A DNA stretch of 64,000 nt from Dicyema japonicum (taxonomy: Eukaryota > Animalia > Dicyemida), in contig RDEW01000002.1 in the NCBI GenBank assembly GCA_011109175.1, forward strand, positions 1,244,676 to 1,308,675, written 5' to 3'. The notes under the pieces were generated by a model. It was not told where the DNA came from, did not search any database, and worked only from the letters and a program-made list of their open reading frames with translations. The position numbers and the translations under genes are program-made. The stretch's first letter is position 1; each line of letters starts with the position of its first letter. Shown in pieces: positions 36,500 to 51,159 of the stretch.

Positions 36500-38730
36500 T
36501 AGCAACTTTCATCTAGTATATTGTTCTTATTGCGAACTTCCGGATAATTCGTGAATGCGGGTCTACTGGAAAGAATTGATAACACGATAAGGACTTCAAT
36601 TGAAGGTATTAAATATATTCCCTCGACAACACTGGGTTGTTGCACTTTGATTTGGAAGAGTTGGGATCCGATCTCTTGTGGTACTGGCTCTCTCAGCAAT
36701 GCCTCTAACAGTCCAGTGCACCAGATCCTACCCTACTTAAACCGCTAGAGTGCTTGGCTCAAGAAACTTAGTCTCTCTCAAATCTTGGATCCCCGAAGCA
36801 TTCTATGAAACAAAGGAGGATGAACAGCTATGCATAAATATTATCGAAACATTTTATTTAAATCAGAAAACCATATTTACAGTAAATCATATTTAAAACT
36901 GCCATCCATCCAAAGTGGACCCCGCCGACAGTATCGACGTTGCGTTGCGACATTATCGACGGATAGATAAGCAGGGCAAGCCAGATTTTTCGTTGAAGGG
37001 ATTTTCAGTCCGTCCAGGCAAACGGGTAGGGTCGCTTGGTCCCACCCTTGGTCGTCAAATTTCACATTTATGATACGTTCAATAGTACTCCGGAAAAGGG
37101 AATCGATAGCATCGAGCTGTTGCATTTTTAAGTAGCAGGGTGCCCCCCGAAGAACGTAGTTCAGTTTCTGTGCTGATAAGGCGTTTCTCAGGAGGAATAA
37201 GGAGGTGTGTGAGTCCAGCATCTCCAGACGTCTGAATGTTGTTTTTAGTTGATGTTCTTTTGTTCTTAGAGTGTTACTGATTCCATCATCAGTAAGAGGG
37301 CATCCAAGTATTTCCAGTTGTTCTGATTTGGTTTCTGTGGCTTTCGGAATGATCTCTCTGAACATATCAAGGATCAAATCCCATTCAGACTGTGGAAATC
37401 CAAAATTGGTTACTTCACACTTATTGGTGTTTATAGTTAGCCATAAGGATTTCATTTGAAATATCAGACTTTTCAAACAATCTAGTAAATCCTTCGGATG
37501 GCCGCCGATGGTACAATCATACAGATACCATACTCTTAGAGGAGTGGAGCAGTATCCTGTGATAAGGGCAATTCCCAGACTGAACAAGGCAAGTCCCCAG
37601 TGGGTCTCCTTGTTGGACTCCAAAATACGATGGAATGTAACATTGGCCGTGTACCAGACTGGATGGTTTTCCGTACGAGCTATGAACATAGCTGTACACT
37701 GATGGGTAGTATGTGAAGCAATCCTCCAGAATTGTATCACGTCGTATTCGAGTTGAAGGCATTTTTAATGTCAATTTTGACGATTACGTGAGGAATGTTC
37801 TCGTTCTTTTCAATGAAGCATGAACTGCTGCTTCACAACCCACCGGTGTGCCGACCCCTATTTGGGTTGGTTGTAGCTGTGTTATCAGCGTAGGTAGGAT
37901 TGCTCTGCATACAAGCTTTGAGGCCAACCGACGGAAGACCAGTCCGACTGCAATAGGGCGTATTCCACCTCCTTCTTGTCGAATGCGATCAACTTTGCGG
38001 AGAACATTACGTGTCGAATTGTTTCTGGTAGTGTCCCTGATAGCATCCTGTTCATTAGTTTGGTGATAGCCAACACGAGCCGGACCCCAGAGTTGCCCAT
38101 GTTATGAGCAATGAGATCTTTGATGTGACCCGGAGGGAGTCCATCTAGTCTTCCACTGCTACTTGGGACGAAATAGAGAATCCTATCTTTTACGTCCTCT
38201 TCAGAGACAAGTAGATTAGGTAATTGTCCTGGGCAAGGGGGGAACCGGTGGTCGTTGGGGAGACTTGGGTGTCGCTTAACAATTGATGCGTAGGACAGTT
38301 CAGACGGCTCAATTATACATTGTTGATCTGCAAGGATCCTCACCGCAGCACGGATACCACCTTCCGATAGTTTTCGACGGATCGCGCTTCTTAATTTCTG
38401 AGTGTCCGAGATAGTCGATGTTAGCTTCTCATGGTTTTGAAATTTGTAGGTGAGCTTTTCTGAGTCTGCCAATAGGTTCTTTGAGAAGAATGTGTGGACA
38501 TTCTCCTTTACTAATGACGTAAGTGATTTCTCTTCTTTCCCCCTCCTATGGGGTATGCATCGAAACATTAAAACCGAAAATGGATCAGCACTATCTCCAA
38601 TGGCTTGGCTTAACATCTGCAGGTGAAAGCGGTGCTAGGTTGAGAGCCCTTCCATGTGCTTCCTTCAAGAATAGAAGTTTGCGTCCAATTTGACTAGATG
38701 TTTGTGTGACCCATCGTTTCAGATGCGAAT
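36500..38730 (-). mobile_element. Degenerate CRE-clade RLE non-LTR retrotransposon
   Basis: IRPIAVG..FRRL, IDIKNAFNS, GVQQGDPLG and WDQATLPV motifs; related to 61022-63909. Confidence 0.85.
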
Positions 38731-38847
38731 GATTATCTTTTGGTAAATTGTTTTTTCTTTTAAATTAACAATTTTTTAATATAATTGATTAATGGATTCT
38801 GATTAATATAATTATACTTTCATTTTTTGCCTGTTATTAAAATTATC

Positions 38848-39773
38848 ATGTCCGAAAGAGCATTCTTTGGATCTAAAACATCGAGTTGTAACGGCCCACC
38901 AAAGAAGGTAAAAGTTATGGAGAGATTTCTAAATTATTGACATTGTCAAAGAGTACTGTTCGGAATATTATTACCCGATGGAAACAACACAGGACTGTCA
39001 TTAATCGACCAAGATCAGGTGCTCGGAGTAAAATATCTCAACTCTCTCGCTAATTAATGAAAATAATAGTTTGTACAAAACCAATAATTACTCGAAGAGA
39101 ATTTGCTAATGATTTGAATATTACAGGAACATCAGTGTCCCTTCGTACAATTACTTATACACTACGCAGAGAAGGTATCAATAAACGAAGGCCCCGTCGT
39201 GATCCGTTATTAAAGAAAATACACATTTGTGCACGAATTAAATATGCCAGATATTTTTTAAGTAAAGAAAATGAATTTATAAACAATATTTTATGGTCGG
39301 ACGAATAAAAAATAGAACTTTTCGGACTGAACCACACCTCATCAATTTGGCGTAAATCCAATCAGGCGTATAACCAAAATGCATCATACCTACCATAAAG
39401 CACGGGGGAGGTAGTATCATGCTGTGGGACTGTTTTTCATCTACAGAAGTCGTAAACTATTTGTAATTGATGGAATAATGAATTCGCTCAAATTTGCGAA
39501 ATCTTAGAAAAATGTCTGTTACCTTTGGTCACTAAATTAAATTTGACACAACATTGGACATTCCAGCATGACAACGATCCAAAACACAAGTCAAAAATGA
39601 CTGTTGAATGGTTAGAAAGAAACGGTATAAATTTTTTGATGGAAAATTTTAAAAACCAAAGTTAGTATAAGGAAACCGAAAAATATTCACGAATCGAAAA
39701 CAATTTGCTATGAAGAATGAGAAAAAAGACTGGAAGCAGTGCTACTAGCAAAGGGGAATGCAACTAAATAATA
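38848..39773 (+). mobile_element. Tc1-like transposase pseudogene
   Basis: [46 protein letters not shown] and GNATKY. Confidence 0.9.
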
Positions 39774-40021
39774 ATTGGATTTCGTGCCATTACTTTTTTC
39801 CTCCAATAAATTGACTTATAAAAATATATCGCTAATTATTGCATTATAAATAACTCGATTTAATATTGTTTTTTAGCAATTAATTAAAAAAAATCCTCTT
39901 GCATCTCCCAACAGCTGAATTAAAATTAAAATTAACTATTCTTTTTCCTTTTTCCTTATAAAAAAAAAAAAAAAAATCCTATATTTATAATTTATTTTTT
40001 AAACTACAGTATTTGATGACA

Positions 40022-42915
40022 AATACTTTTTTTTGGTTGAGGTGGTGACGTCCCTCTTTGAAAATATGTCTTCTTGCGCTTAATTACCCGTTGCCCATTC
40101 TCTCTTGGTACTTTCAACACTCGAGGCTTGAAGTTCATCACCAAACAACATCAACTCGCACGTGATTTATCTATCCATGGTGTCAGTATTTGCTGCATTC
40201 AAGAGACAAAGATTACAACATATTCTATTACGAAATTGGATGATTACTACATGATCACTTTGGACTCTGACTGCCGACATTATGGTCTTGGATTTGCGGT
40301 TCACAGGGATCTTTATGACCGTGTGACACGCGTATGGGCTGTCTCGGATCGTATTGCAGTCATGAACTGAAGTTTGGAACAAAGCCCAACTCTGTTATTT
40401 CTATCATCAATGTTTATGCTCCGACCGCTGTCCGGGCTGATGCCAATCCTGAAGAACTTGGTGCGTTTTACTAATGTTTGACAGGGACATATGACTCACT
40501 TTCGTCGTCATATCTGACGTTTATTGGTGGAGACTGGAATGCCAGAGTTGGTAAAGTACTGAATGGGGAGACTTGTATTGGATCAACATGCTCGGAATCG
40601 TCGAAATTCCTCTGGTGTCTCATTGGTTCAATTCTGCGAATCCTACAACTTATTTATTACGAACACTGCTTTTGAACACCCAGCAAGACATAAAACTACC
40701 TGGACTGGTTCACGAAAGGACAAAAATGGCAACTTGATTAAAATATATAATCAAATTGATTATATCTTGTGCAGGAGAAGGAACAAAAACCTAATACGAA
40801 ACTCGAGATCATACGATGGGCTTGAAACATCAAGTGATCACAAATTGGTGATCACTCGGTTTTCTTTGGGAAGTTTGTACAAACCTGGAAGATATGGAAA
40901 AACGGAATTCGAAAGATTGGATACAGAAACTCTAATAAGCAATGAAATAAAGATGAAAGAGTATGGCGAAAAACTCAGAAAGGAATTAAGCAAGATGAAT
41001 ACAAACAATAGTGCACAGGATTTGTGCTTATCTTCAGAACAAAAGAATTTGAGGATTAGAATTAATGATTCAAATATACCGAGTCTAAAAAAAGAGCTAA
41101 GGATAGTTCGTAACTCAATTTTAACAAAAATCAAAAAACTTCAAAAATATCAATTAAAAAAGGAAGTGGAGGAACAGGTCGATGAAATCAAGAAATATAA
41201 GAACGGATCCAAAATGTTCAAAGCCATTCGGATTATTAGCAAAAAGAAACGACCAGGGAATATTGTTATTCACGACTAACATGGACGATCAGTATTGAAT
41301 GTTATTGAAAAGGCGAACATAGTCTCTTCACACTACTATGACATCTTTAACAATCAAGAAATTGAAAACAAATCTCCAATAACATCAACGGCTCCTCTTA
41401 ACTGCCCCATTATTATCGCGGAAAACTAAACTACAGGAAAACGGCTGGTCCTGATAATATACCTGCAGAGTTAATAAAATGTGGACCCACTGAATTGGGT
41501 GAAATAATCACCATCATACTCAATAAAGCATTTGAAGACAAAAACGATCTTGGAATTGGGAGATGATGGCTAATTCCAATACCAAAACCTGGGAAACCTA
41601 GAGGTCCCGCAAACAGTCTAAGACCAATAATTCTATTATCGGTCTTACGGAAAACCCTCTCTATCATTGTATTACATCTAATCAAATGGAAAGTCGACAA
41701 ATTCTTATCGCCTGGACAAAGCGGTTTCAGGGAAAAAAGATCAACCGCCGACATAGTATGGACGCACAGATGGTCTGGCGCTATATGTCAGAAATACAAA
41801 AAATGCATAGAAGTTCTGGGGATCGACATGAGTCGTGCATTCGACTCTGTACACAGGGGACTACTTATTAACATTCTGATTACATTTCTATACACGGATG
41901 ATGTTAAAATTATTTCCTTGCTCCTAGAAGATACTCACTTGGCTGTCAAAATTGGAAATACCGCTTCCAATTTTTTTAAAACCACTCGGGGAGTTCCACA
42001 AGGGGATTTGTTGTCTCCTATTCTATTTATTATTTATTTTGAGGCACTGAGGGATTTCAGATTATTCATTAAAGGACAATACTATGAGTTGATTTACGCA
42101 GACGATCTGGACTTTGTATCGGATGATTCTGAATTTCTCAAGTACATAAACGAACATCTTCCTAACATTTTCCAAAAATGGTTCTTGAAGATAAACACTG
42201 ACAAAACGGAATTTACATCATTCAGCCGTGCAGAGAGGATATCCGACGAGACGTGGAGAAGACATAAGAAGGTCGGATCGCTCTTGGGGACGAGGAAGAT
42301 GTAGCTCGACGGAAAATCCTTGCAGCTGGTGCTTTCAGAAGCCTATCTAAAATATGGAGTTCGGGAAGAAGACTTTGTGGAAAAATAAAACTTATGATAT
42401 ACAAATACTTTGTTGTGCCCATCCTAATATATAACTGTGGGACATGGGGTTTGTCTAAACGGGCAATGGAGTCTATTGACAGTTTCGACCGCAGTATGCT
42501 TCGGAAGGCACTTAATATTCACTACAAAATGAAGATCAAAAACGAACAATTATATATGTTGAGCAAAACAGAACCATTATCCATGGAAATCAGAAGATCG
42601 AGATGGAGACTGTCTGGTTACATTCTGAGGATGGACCTGGATGTCTCGGCAAATCACGTAATAGATGAATATTTCATGGAAAAAACAAAATCATTCCGAG
42701 GAAGGCCTAGAACAACCTTACCTATCACGCTAAATGAGGACCTAAAAGCCATAGGCAGGGAGTTGAAAACAATGGATGACCTTGATGAACTAAGAGATCT
42801 TGCGAAACGGAGAGGCCTTTGGATGCGATTGGTGCAAAGGGTGGCCGGCGCGGCACAAGGGAACCTTAATTGACTTTTGTTTTTTTATGTGTTCTCGGCA
42901 GTGCTGATAATAATA
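40022..42915 (+). mobile_element. Full-length degenerate RTE-clade LINE, family B
   Basis: TFNTRG, IQETK, GDWNA, NQIDYI, DMSRAFDS, YADD and RGRPR; (TAA)n tail; TSD atttgatgaca at 40011-40021 and 42916-42926. Confidence 0.93.
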
Positions 42916-43187
42916 ATTTGATGACAGAAATTGTGTAATTCAATTGGAAACTGGATCTAACTCTACAATTATAAATGTACAGCGATACAAATAATAAACG
43001 GAACAGCCGATTTCTCAATTTTTTTCTCTAAATAATTATTAATTTTTAAATAAAAAATGAATTTTAAATTATAAGCTTAACTTTTGCCTTTTACAAAAAT
43101 CCAAACGTCAAAGATTTTGTTAAGTATTTAAACCCAATTTTTTTTCAAAACAAAATAAAAGAGAACAAAAATAGTTCAAAATTTAGT

Positions 43188-44810
43188 ATGACCCCCTTGA
43201 GCATTTATTGCTTTGTATATGCACCTACATCTACAAAAGTCTCTAAAAACCCAACTGAACTGGATGACTTTTACAGTTCACTATCCACAACCCTTATGGG
43301 AATATCCACGAACTATCTACTTTACATAAGGCTCTACTCTCAGATTGCCGAACATATGGAGGAACGCTAACATCGAGTGACCATAAACTATTGGTAATCA
43401 AACTTCTCTTAAAGAGAAGATTTTGGATTAACAGAGTCAAAAACAGAGAATTAACATCAGAATCGGAAAATTAATCCCCTTACATAAAACGGGAAAAGAA
43501 AAAGGAAAGCTAAACAGCTTAAGACAAATCATACTACTCAACTAACTGCGCAAAATTCTATCGCTAATCGCTCTACACAAAATAAAAGCCCCACTACGTG
43601 AATTTATCAGAATTTATCGGAGCTAGCCAAAGTGGGTTTGTCTCTGGAAGATCAACTTCCGATGCCGTTTGGAGCCACAAATAATGTGTGCTTCATGCCA
43701 AAAATATAAAGAGGAGTACCACATAATGGGAATCGACCTATCTAAGGCATTTGACTCAATCAGCAGAGTCAAGATGATACAAATATTAACACCACTACTC
43801 GAGGAAGATTGCATCCGAATAATTCGTTATTTACTCTCCTCCACTCAACTATTTATTCAGTTGGGAAATCAGAAATCCAGAGTATTCGGAACAAACAAGG
43901 GCACCCTAGAAGGAGACGCCCTATCCCCGGTCTTATTCATCGCATATCTGAAGGCAACCCTACGAGAGGCCAAGAATAATATCCCCATAAATATTTGCAG
44001 ATGACAGATTTCACGGCAACAGGCCACCAATTAGAAGGTATTATCGACAAATTGGCCAAAAATATTTGAAAATTCATTCCTAAAAATTAACACCGAGAAA
44101 ACAGAATATACTATTGTAAGGCGATGCAAACAACGACACGAGGAAAAATGGAGGCATCTCCGAAGTAACTTGACACTCTTTTAGGAGATACAGAAGACAT
44201 ACTACGAAGAAAATCACTAGCAGCTTTCGCTCTTAAAAGACTAAACAACGTATGGTTAGGAGGTAAACAAATTTCTGCCTCTAAAAATCAAATTATACAA
44301 TATGTTTATAAAACCGGTTTTACTGTACAACTCTTCTACCTGGGCACTCACAATGCTTGAAATGGAAAGTCTGAACTCTTTTCATAGAATGCAGCTCAAA
44401 TACATTATAAGAATTGTCTGGCCAAAGCACATCTCAAATACCTCTATTCCCATTACAATATCCACCCATTGGACAGAGAAATAAGAAGTAACAGATGGGG
44501 CTTATTTAGTCACATCTTAAAAATGGACAGGAATACTCTCGCTAATCTCGCGATGGAACACCACTATACTCCTCTTCCGGGATCGACTTTCCGGGGAAGA
44601 CCACGAATTACTCTACCAACCCTTCTACATCAAGACCTAACTTCAATTGGGAAAGGGTTGACGTCGGCAGATGATCTGAGCATCTGAGGGACCTATCGAG
44701 GAAAATTGGGAACTGAAAGCGATTAACAAAACGCATCCAGGAGGGTGGCACAAGCGAGATAAGTTTACTAACGTTGTTTTGCGGTGTGCTAATTAATATT
44801 AATAATAATT
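43188..44810 (+). mobile_element. Degenerate RTE-clade LINE, family C
   Basis: VYAPT, IDLSKAFDS, GDALSP and RGRPR; TAA-rich tail. Confidence 0.85.
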
Positions 44811-44835
44811 ATTAAATCTAGTCAAAATTTGCAAG

Positions 44836-44863
44836 GGTATCATGACTTTTTTGCCCCACTGTA
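44836..44863. repeat. Tc1-type terminal inverted repeat end plus TA
   Basis: Reverse complement is TA-CAGTGGGGCAAAAAAGT; resembles an inner repeat at ~39784-39801. Confidence 0.55.
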
Positions 44864-45162
44864 TGTCCACAAGTTAGTTAAAAGCACTTCCGCGTCATCC
44901 ATAAGCATATGAATACTTAGGGTTCCATTTGTGCTACACATGTCACCATACAAATACAAAGAATATTCCCAAAAAGTCGCCACCGAGTTTATCTTTTCTT
45001 ATCTTATTTACCCACATTTACATGGCTCGTAAAGAGTCCCATTATCAGAGAAATGCTCCAAATCTTTTTAATTACTCAAGACGTCATTATTTTATATGAT
45101 CAATGTCCCCAGTCCGTTGAAATGTCAATTAACCAGTGAATATTGAACATAAAGGACTTTTT

Positions 45163-45256
45163 ACTGGGCTGTGGAGTCGGTAAAATATACCATAACTCTG
45201 ACTCCACAAAAATTATTTCTTCGACTCTGACTCCTTGACTCCGTTCCGACTCCGGT
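45163..45256. repeat. DNA-transposon terminal fragment with GACTCC/GGAGTC subterminal repeats
   Basis: gggctgtggagtcgg followed by several gactcc/gactct hexamers. Confidence 0.5.
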
Positions 45257-45339
45257 TATTATATAAAAAAATTCAGACTTTGTATAAATAACAGAAAAAA
45301 AGGAAAAAACATTTAGAAAAGAAAATTTAACTATTTTTT

Positions 45340-46575
45340 TTAGAAATAATATAGTTTCGACCAGGTCTTCCTTCATAGAAGCTCAAAGGTCTGATTTGAT
45401 AAATTTTAGCCCAGAAAACAGCCTTTCTACGCTGACTTGTACAGATCAATTAGCTTAATATGTTCTTTCGCGAAAGTGATTGAACGTATCATTTTCAAAA
45501 GGTTAAGCAGACATATAGAAAAGAATGACTTTCTGATTCCGGAGATGTGGGGTTTTCGTCCCGGATGAGGCTGTGTAGACTGTTTTTTTCTACTGAATTC
45601 TGAAATCATGAAAGCAAGGGATTCCAAGAGGCAAATAAACTTATTATGTCTTGATATCTTGAAAGCATTTGACAGTGTATGCCATGAAGAGTTGTTAAGC
45701 AGCTTGTATCAACATGTGTTCCAAGAAACCTATTTGTTTGGCTAAGATATTATCTTTAGGAAAGACAATTTTTTGTGAAGGTTTGTGGAAATATATCTGA
45801 TGCAATATCATTCATGAAGGGAGAAGGTTCAGTATTGCGCCCTAATTTGTTTAATATTTTCATGGCAAGTTTTCCACGACCGAAAAATTTTAATACTAGT
45901 CTTCTTATTTATCCTGATGACGTAATAGTGGTGGACACATCTCTAAAATCTTCTATATCTGAAGGAAGAATCAGATTGAGCATTGGTGCAACTTGAGAAG
46001 GCTAAAGCTCTCTGCTGAAAAATCTTGCGCACTCCGAATAAGCAATATGAAAAAGCACCTGAAACAAAAATACACACTGGGAGTAAACAATGCACACAGT
46101 CTGCGCTACCTGGGGGTCGACTATGCAAACACAAGAAATTACACGGACGACATAAAAGGAAGGAGAAAAAGAGCATTTCAGTCGCTCCTATGTACACGGA
46201 AATTACATGATAGCCGCGACACCTACCTGTTAATTTTCAAGGTAGTTATTCTTCCTAGCCTACTTTATGGGTGCAAGGGGTGGTTCTTCTCTCCGAAGAG
46301 GGAGAAGATCTTATCTATCCTAGAGAAGACTAGGAGACTGCAATTAAGCTCTCCTTAAACAAGAAACTGAAAGACTGTCTAAGCGAGGACGAAAACAAGC
46401 TCTTAGGACCGATTAGTAGAATTGTGGAGGATCGGATCAATGGTTTCAGGAGGAGATCAATGATCCAAGACACGTATATAAAGCTGGGAGAAACGTCTTG
46501 AAAAAAATTAAAAAAAAGAAGGGTCCAGGTGTGAAGTCCAAGTCTTATGGTAGGACTCAGATGTAATACCCTCCA
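45340..46575 (+). mobile_element. LINE RT/3' fragment (family of 19780-20434)
   Basis: CLDILKAFDSV, YPDDV, YLGV and LLYGCKGW. Confidence 0.8.
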
Positions 46576-46711
46576 GAAAACTCCTTAACTCTTTTGTTAA
46601 TGAATCGTTGTTATTGTTATTAGAACTTTCCAACGAGGAGAATTTTCCAAATAGTTTTTCTCTTTATGGCTTCGTCAATAACGAGATTTCGTATACTTTG
46701 TCTCTCTAGTG

Positions 46712-47745
46712 CAGAGGTTCCCAACCTGGGTTCCGCCAAGTTCCAAATTTTTTTTAATTCTTTTTTTCAAAAGAATAATTTTTCAAAACGAATTAATTTA
46801 ATTTACACGTGTCTAAATGGAGTCTTGTAACAGTGCATATCTTAAAGTTCGATCTTATTGAGAAAGTTATATTGCTTTTGGTTTCACATGGACTGGGGAC
46901 ATGGATTGCCCTCTACCATTTTGTGTTGTTTGCGGTGAAAAACTTGTAAATAGTGCTATGGCTTCAACGAAACTTAGACGTCATTTCTCCACTAAGCACC
47001 TGAACTTTCAAAGAAAAAAAAGAATATTTTATGCGGAAATTGGACCAGAATAAAATTCAAGCATCTCGTTTTACAAAAAATTTAAAATAAACAAAAAAGC
47101 ACTGCATGAGAGTTATGCTGTTGCTGAGATTGCCCCTAAAAATATGAAATTGCATACTCTCCCGAAACTGTTATTTTGCCTGCATCTAAAGTAGTGAAGA
47201 TAATATTCGGAAAATTTCTTCGCTGAGCTCGACTTAATTCCTATTTCTAATAATTCTGTGAGCAGACGCATCAAGGAGATGTCTGATAACATTGAAACCA
47301 CTTTGGTTCTGCGAATTAAAAAATCTGTGTTTTTTGCGCTTCAAAAGGATGAACGCTTAGATTTCAACGGGAAGTATGCAACTATTTGTTTTCGTTCGAT
47401 ATATGAATGATGAATCCATTGTTGAAGATTTTCTTTGCTCAAAGAGTTGATCGGAACAACAAAGGGATGTGAAATTTTGAATCTTATAAATTCATATTTT
47501 GAGGATATAAAGTTGGATTGGAATGTATGTGTGGGTATCTGCACTGATGGTGCTCGAGCAATGACTGGAGGCATTAAAAAGGCTTTGTTTCTATTGCGAA
47601 AAATAAGAATCCGAACATTATTCACACACATTGTTTTCTTCATCGTGAGGCATTGGTCGCAACTATTGTGCAGGAACTTACATGTGCTTTGTAAACTAAT
47701 TAATTACATCAAAATGAGGTTGAAATTGCGAGTTCTCGAAACATT
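46712..47745 (+). mobile_element. hAT (Buster/Charlie, ZBED5/8-like) transposon, 3'-truncated
   Basis: TIR CAGAGGTTCCCAAC; YIAFGFT..CVVCGE..KLRRHF..KH BED finger; ICTDGARAMTG. Confidence 0.88.
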
Positions 47746-49720
47746 GGTTGAATAAAACAGGAGACAAAGGGGATCCATGGGGAACCCCATTAAGGAAAAA
47801 CCGTGAAATAGACCTTTACTGGCCAATGCAGACGCATTCTCTCCGACCACTAAGGAAGTTAGCTATCCAGAGTTTGAGCTTTCCGGAGATCTTTGTTTGG
47901 CAAAATTTCCAAATAAGAATCCGCCATGACTGAGAGTCAAAAGCCTTGTGGACGTCTATGGAGCTAAGTACAACCTTCATGTGTCTTGGCCTGTGCGAGA
48001 AACCACATCGTATAAAGCTAGTCAATGCAGATAAGTGGGTCGAAGTAGACCTCTCCTTTTTAAAACCATGTTGAAATGACAAATCCGGGAGGAAATTTTT
48101 GATTTTGCAAAAACCAGCCTTTCCAGATTTTCGACACCGAACACAATCACGCGATTGGTCTGTATGAAGCTAAGTCATTCTTCACTTTACCGGGTTTCAA
48201 AATTGGACGTAGGTGGAGAAGCTTCCATGAGGCTGGAATACAATTTTTGTTAATAGAGTGGTTGAATATCTTCGTTAATGCAGCGATTCCATAGTCTCCC
48301 AGATTCTTTAGGAGGATCATTGGGATTTTATCCGGTCTGTTAGAATAGGTTGTTTTAATGGCTTTTAATGTATATCTCACGTCGTTTTCAGTGAAGTGAA
48401 TCGTTTCCGGTTCTTTTTTCGGTTTAATGAGATATTTCGGGGGATATTTTCAATAGAATTTTATTAGGTTGTTCCCTCTCGAGGCTTCTCGGATGGTCTT
48501 CCAAATTTTAGTAGTGGGTCTATTTCTATTCAACGAGGAGAACACATGCTTCCATCTTGATATTTGTGCTCTTACCTCCCTGTTTTTAGTTCATTGTTCA
48601 AAGCCTTGAGTCTAATTCATCCTCAGTAGTTAATCGGCCAGATTTTTTGAGTTATTTCTTTCCTTGGTTAATGTCGACCTGCCATATCCCCTGGTGTAGT
48701 TAAAGTGGTGTTTAGGTACAGATAGTGATCTCGCATCCAAGATAGTGCGGTTTACATAAACGACTACTTTGTCCATGGAAGTAATACCTTCCAAGTGCTG
48801 CAGTAGATTATCAGTAAGTGTACGGTAAAGTCTCTAATCTGCGCGTTTGTAGTTGAATTGTTCTGGGGATCTCCTCCTAGTTGACGTTTCTCTCTTGATC
48901 TCCAAAAGGATGGAATTATGGTCGCTTCTTGAGTTGTAAATGACTGACCAAGTCGATATTGCCGCCAAGAACAAAGCGTGATGTCTGGAGAAGTTAGTTG
49001 GTCTGACTCCCTGAAGGGGGTTCTCGTATGTTTTGACGGGTCATTCATGACCGTGAAAGGTCCTGTCTACGAAAGTAATACTTTTCCTCTTGAGTCGGAC
49101 GGTTGACTTGTCAGCCACAGAAGGTGTTTTGCGTTGATATCGCCGCCAATGATCACGTCGTTCAAAGTAGATAAATTGGGCATATTGTAGTACTTCGGGT
49201 AAAACCAGGTGGGGGCACATAGACGTTCACAAAGGTAATTTTTCCATTTTTTGTTTCAAGTGAGACTGCATTAACTTTAGTAACATCGTCGTTCCCCAAG
49301 ATATTCTTGACCAATGAAGTGATGTCCATACGTCCTTCCAATATAGAACGAAAAGGCCACCATCCCGCATCCTCTTTCGGTCAGTCCGTATTGACTCGTA
49401 TCCAGGGAACATCGGGGTAGGACTGTTCGCAGGCAGTTTTGTCTCTTGTATTAAAGCCATGTCGATCTTCAGCTCCGCCAGGAGAGAGCGCAGTTCCAAT
49501 ATCTTGCCTCTTACTCCATTGATATTCAGTTGAAGAACCGTGAACCGTTTCTTGCGGTGGGTTAGGAGTTCCTTTCGGGTAGATAAGGATGATAGAGCCT
49601 GCCGCCGAGGAGACAGTTTCCTCGAAGGTAGATGTTTAGTGGTTCTCTTTGGAGGAGCATTAGGTGCCATCTGGGCGTTACCAAAACTTGCAGAATCGGT
49701 GAACCACATAACGCCACGCT
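47746..49720 (-). mobile_element. Jockey/I-group LINE 5' portion (APE+RT)
   Basis: LQLNING, IQETKL, GDINAKH, SPDIT, YRPI, IDVHKAFDS and GVPHGSPLSP. Confidence 0.88.
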
Positions 49721-49844
49721 AAAATTAAAAAAAATTTATGACTTAAATATTGGTTAACTAAGATTTTCTTAATTAAACGTTTTCATTGTAAATGAATTTT
49801 TTATATTTAAAATAAAATAATAATTTAAATAATAAAAAAATAAA

Positions 49845-51159
49845 ATGTCTCCATGTGAGAGTAAACCAAAAAAGGGAAAATATAAAATAAAGTGAATAGA
49901 ATATTAATAGTAGTTTAGAAATAGAGGATGATAAATACCCTTATAAAGGACGTATGGTATACTTTCTCAGACCTGTAATTGACGATTATTTATTCAGTGA
50001 TAAAGAAGCAGACACAACCATTGAATTACTTAATAATGTTCCATGTGCGGAATCAATTAATAAAGACTTAGGAAAATATGAAAGTATTCCCCAAAAGTAT
50101 GAATCAGTGAGTAAAGTTATAAGTGAAGAATCAATAAATTCAAAATTAGAAAATATATTAAAATATAATGAAATAATGAAGAAGCGAATAAATGATAAAG
50201 ATTTATCAGTAAATGAGCGTATAATAATATTACAACTGGGACAATCATTATTATCTCTGAATGAGTGGACTGATGACTGCATTCTGAACAAATATATTGA
50301 TAACCTATCCATTATATTTGATTCCCTTAATGATGTTACCACTCTTAGAAGATTACTGTGTGAAATACCACAAAATGAATTAACTAAATTACGATCATTT
50401 ATTAAGGATTACTCAGAAGAATTATTAAAACGTGTAGAATGTGATAGTCGAGTAAGCAAAGTACATGATAATTGTGTTCACTTTGTGTATAATATTCTTA
50501 ATACTCTAACATTCGACACAGAACAGATTATGTGGAGGGCTAATCAAATTAATGCTGCCATTTTGGGAATTGAGACTAACGTCAGACTCATTCCATCTTT
50601 GTATTGTGTGGGGGACAGATTTATATTGGCTATCACTTTGGCCAATAAAATTATTGTTTTATTATTTTCTTTACTTTAGGGAGTTACTTTGAATTCAAAG
50701 GAAACTAAAATAAGTATGATTGGATGTTTAATGGCCTTCCTTGCTAATTTAAACAACTCACTTATGACTACTATGCTGGCATGTCTTGTTTATTCTCTCC
50801 CTCCTTTCTTTACTGGAGAAGTAACCAATCTTACATACAAACAGTACTTCAAGTTATCACGACTGGTGGCTTCATTTGTTAAGTCTTCTCTTGACTTTTT
50901 TGATAATAATGAATTGATGGAGTGGATTAAGGATATGATGACTACTTTTGTGAGTAATGGGGAGTTTGATGTTCTCAAAATGGGAATTCTATTTAATATG
51001 TTGGATGTATTGGACACTAAGGAAGAATGGTTTGTCTCATTTGCTGTTAAAATTGGGGATCTCTTATTTGATGATTCAATGTTGCCACCAAAGGATGACT
51101 TTGATGAACAAATTAGATTACAACTTGTTGGTATTCTTGATAAAATATTGATTTGTTAA
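49845..51159 (+). CDS. ~420-aa helical protein, tentatively WAPL-like (2 tiny introns)
   Basis: Long open exons; DNC..ILNTLTFD...VRLIPSL...RFILAI resembles the WAPL C-terminal domain by eye only. CDS likely, identity weak. Confidence 0.55.
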
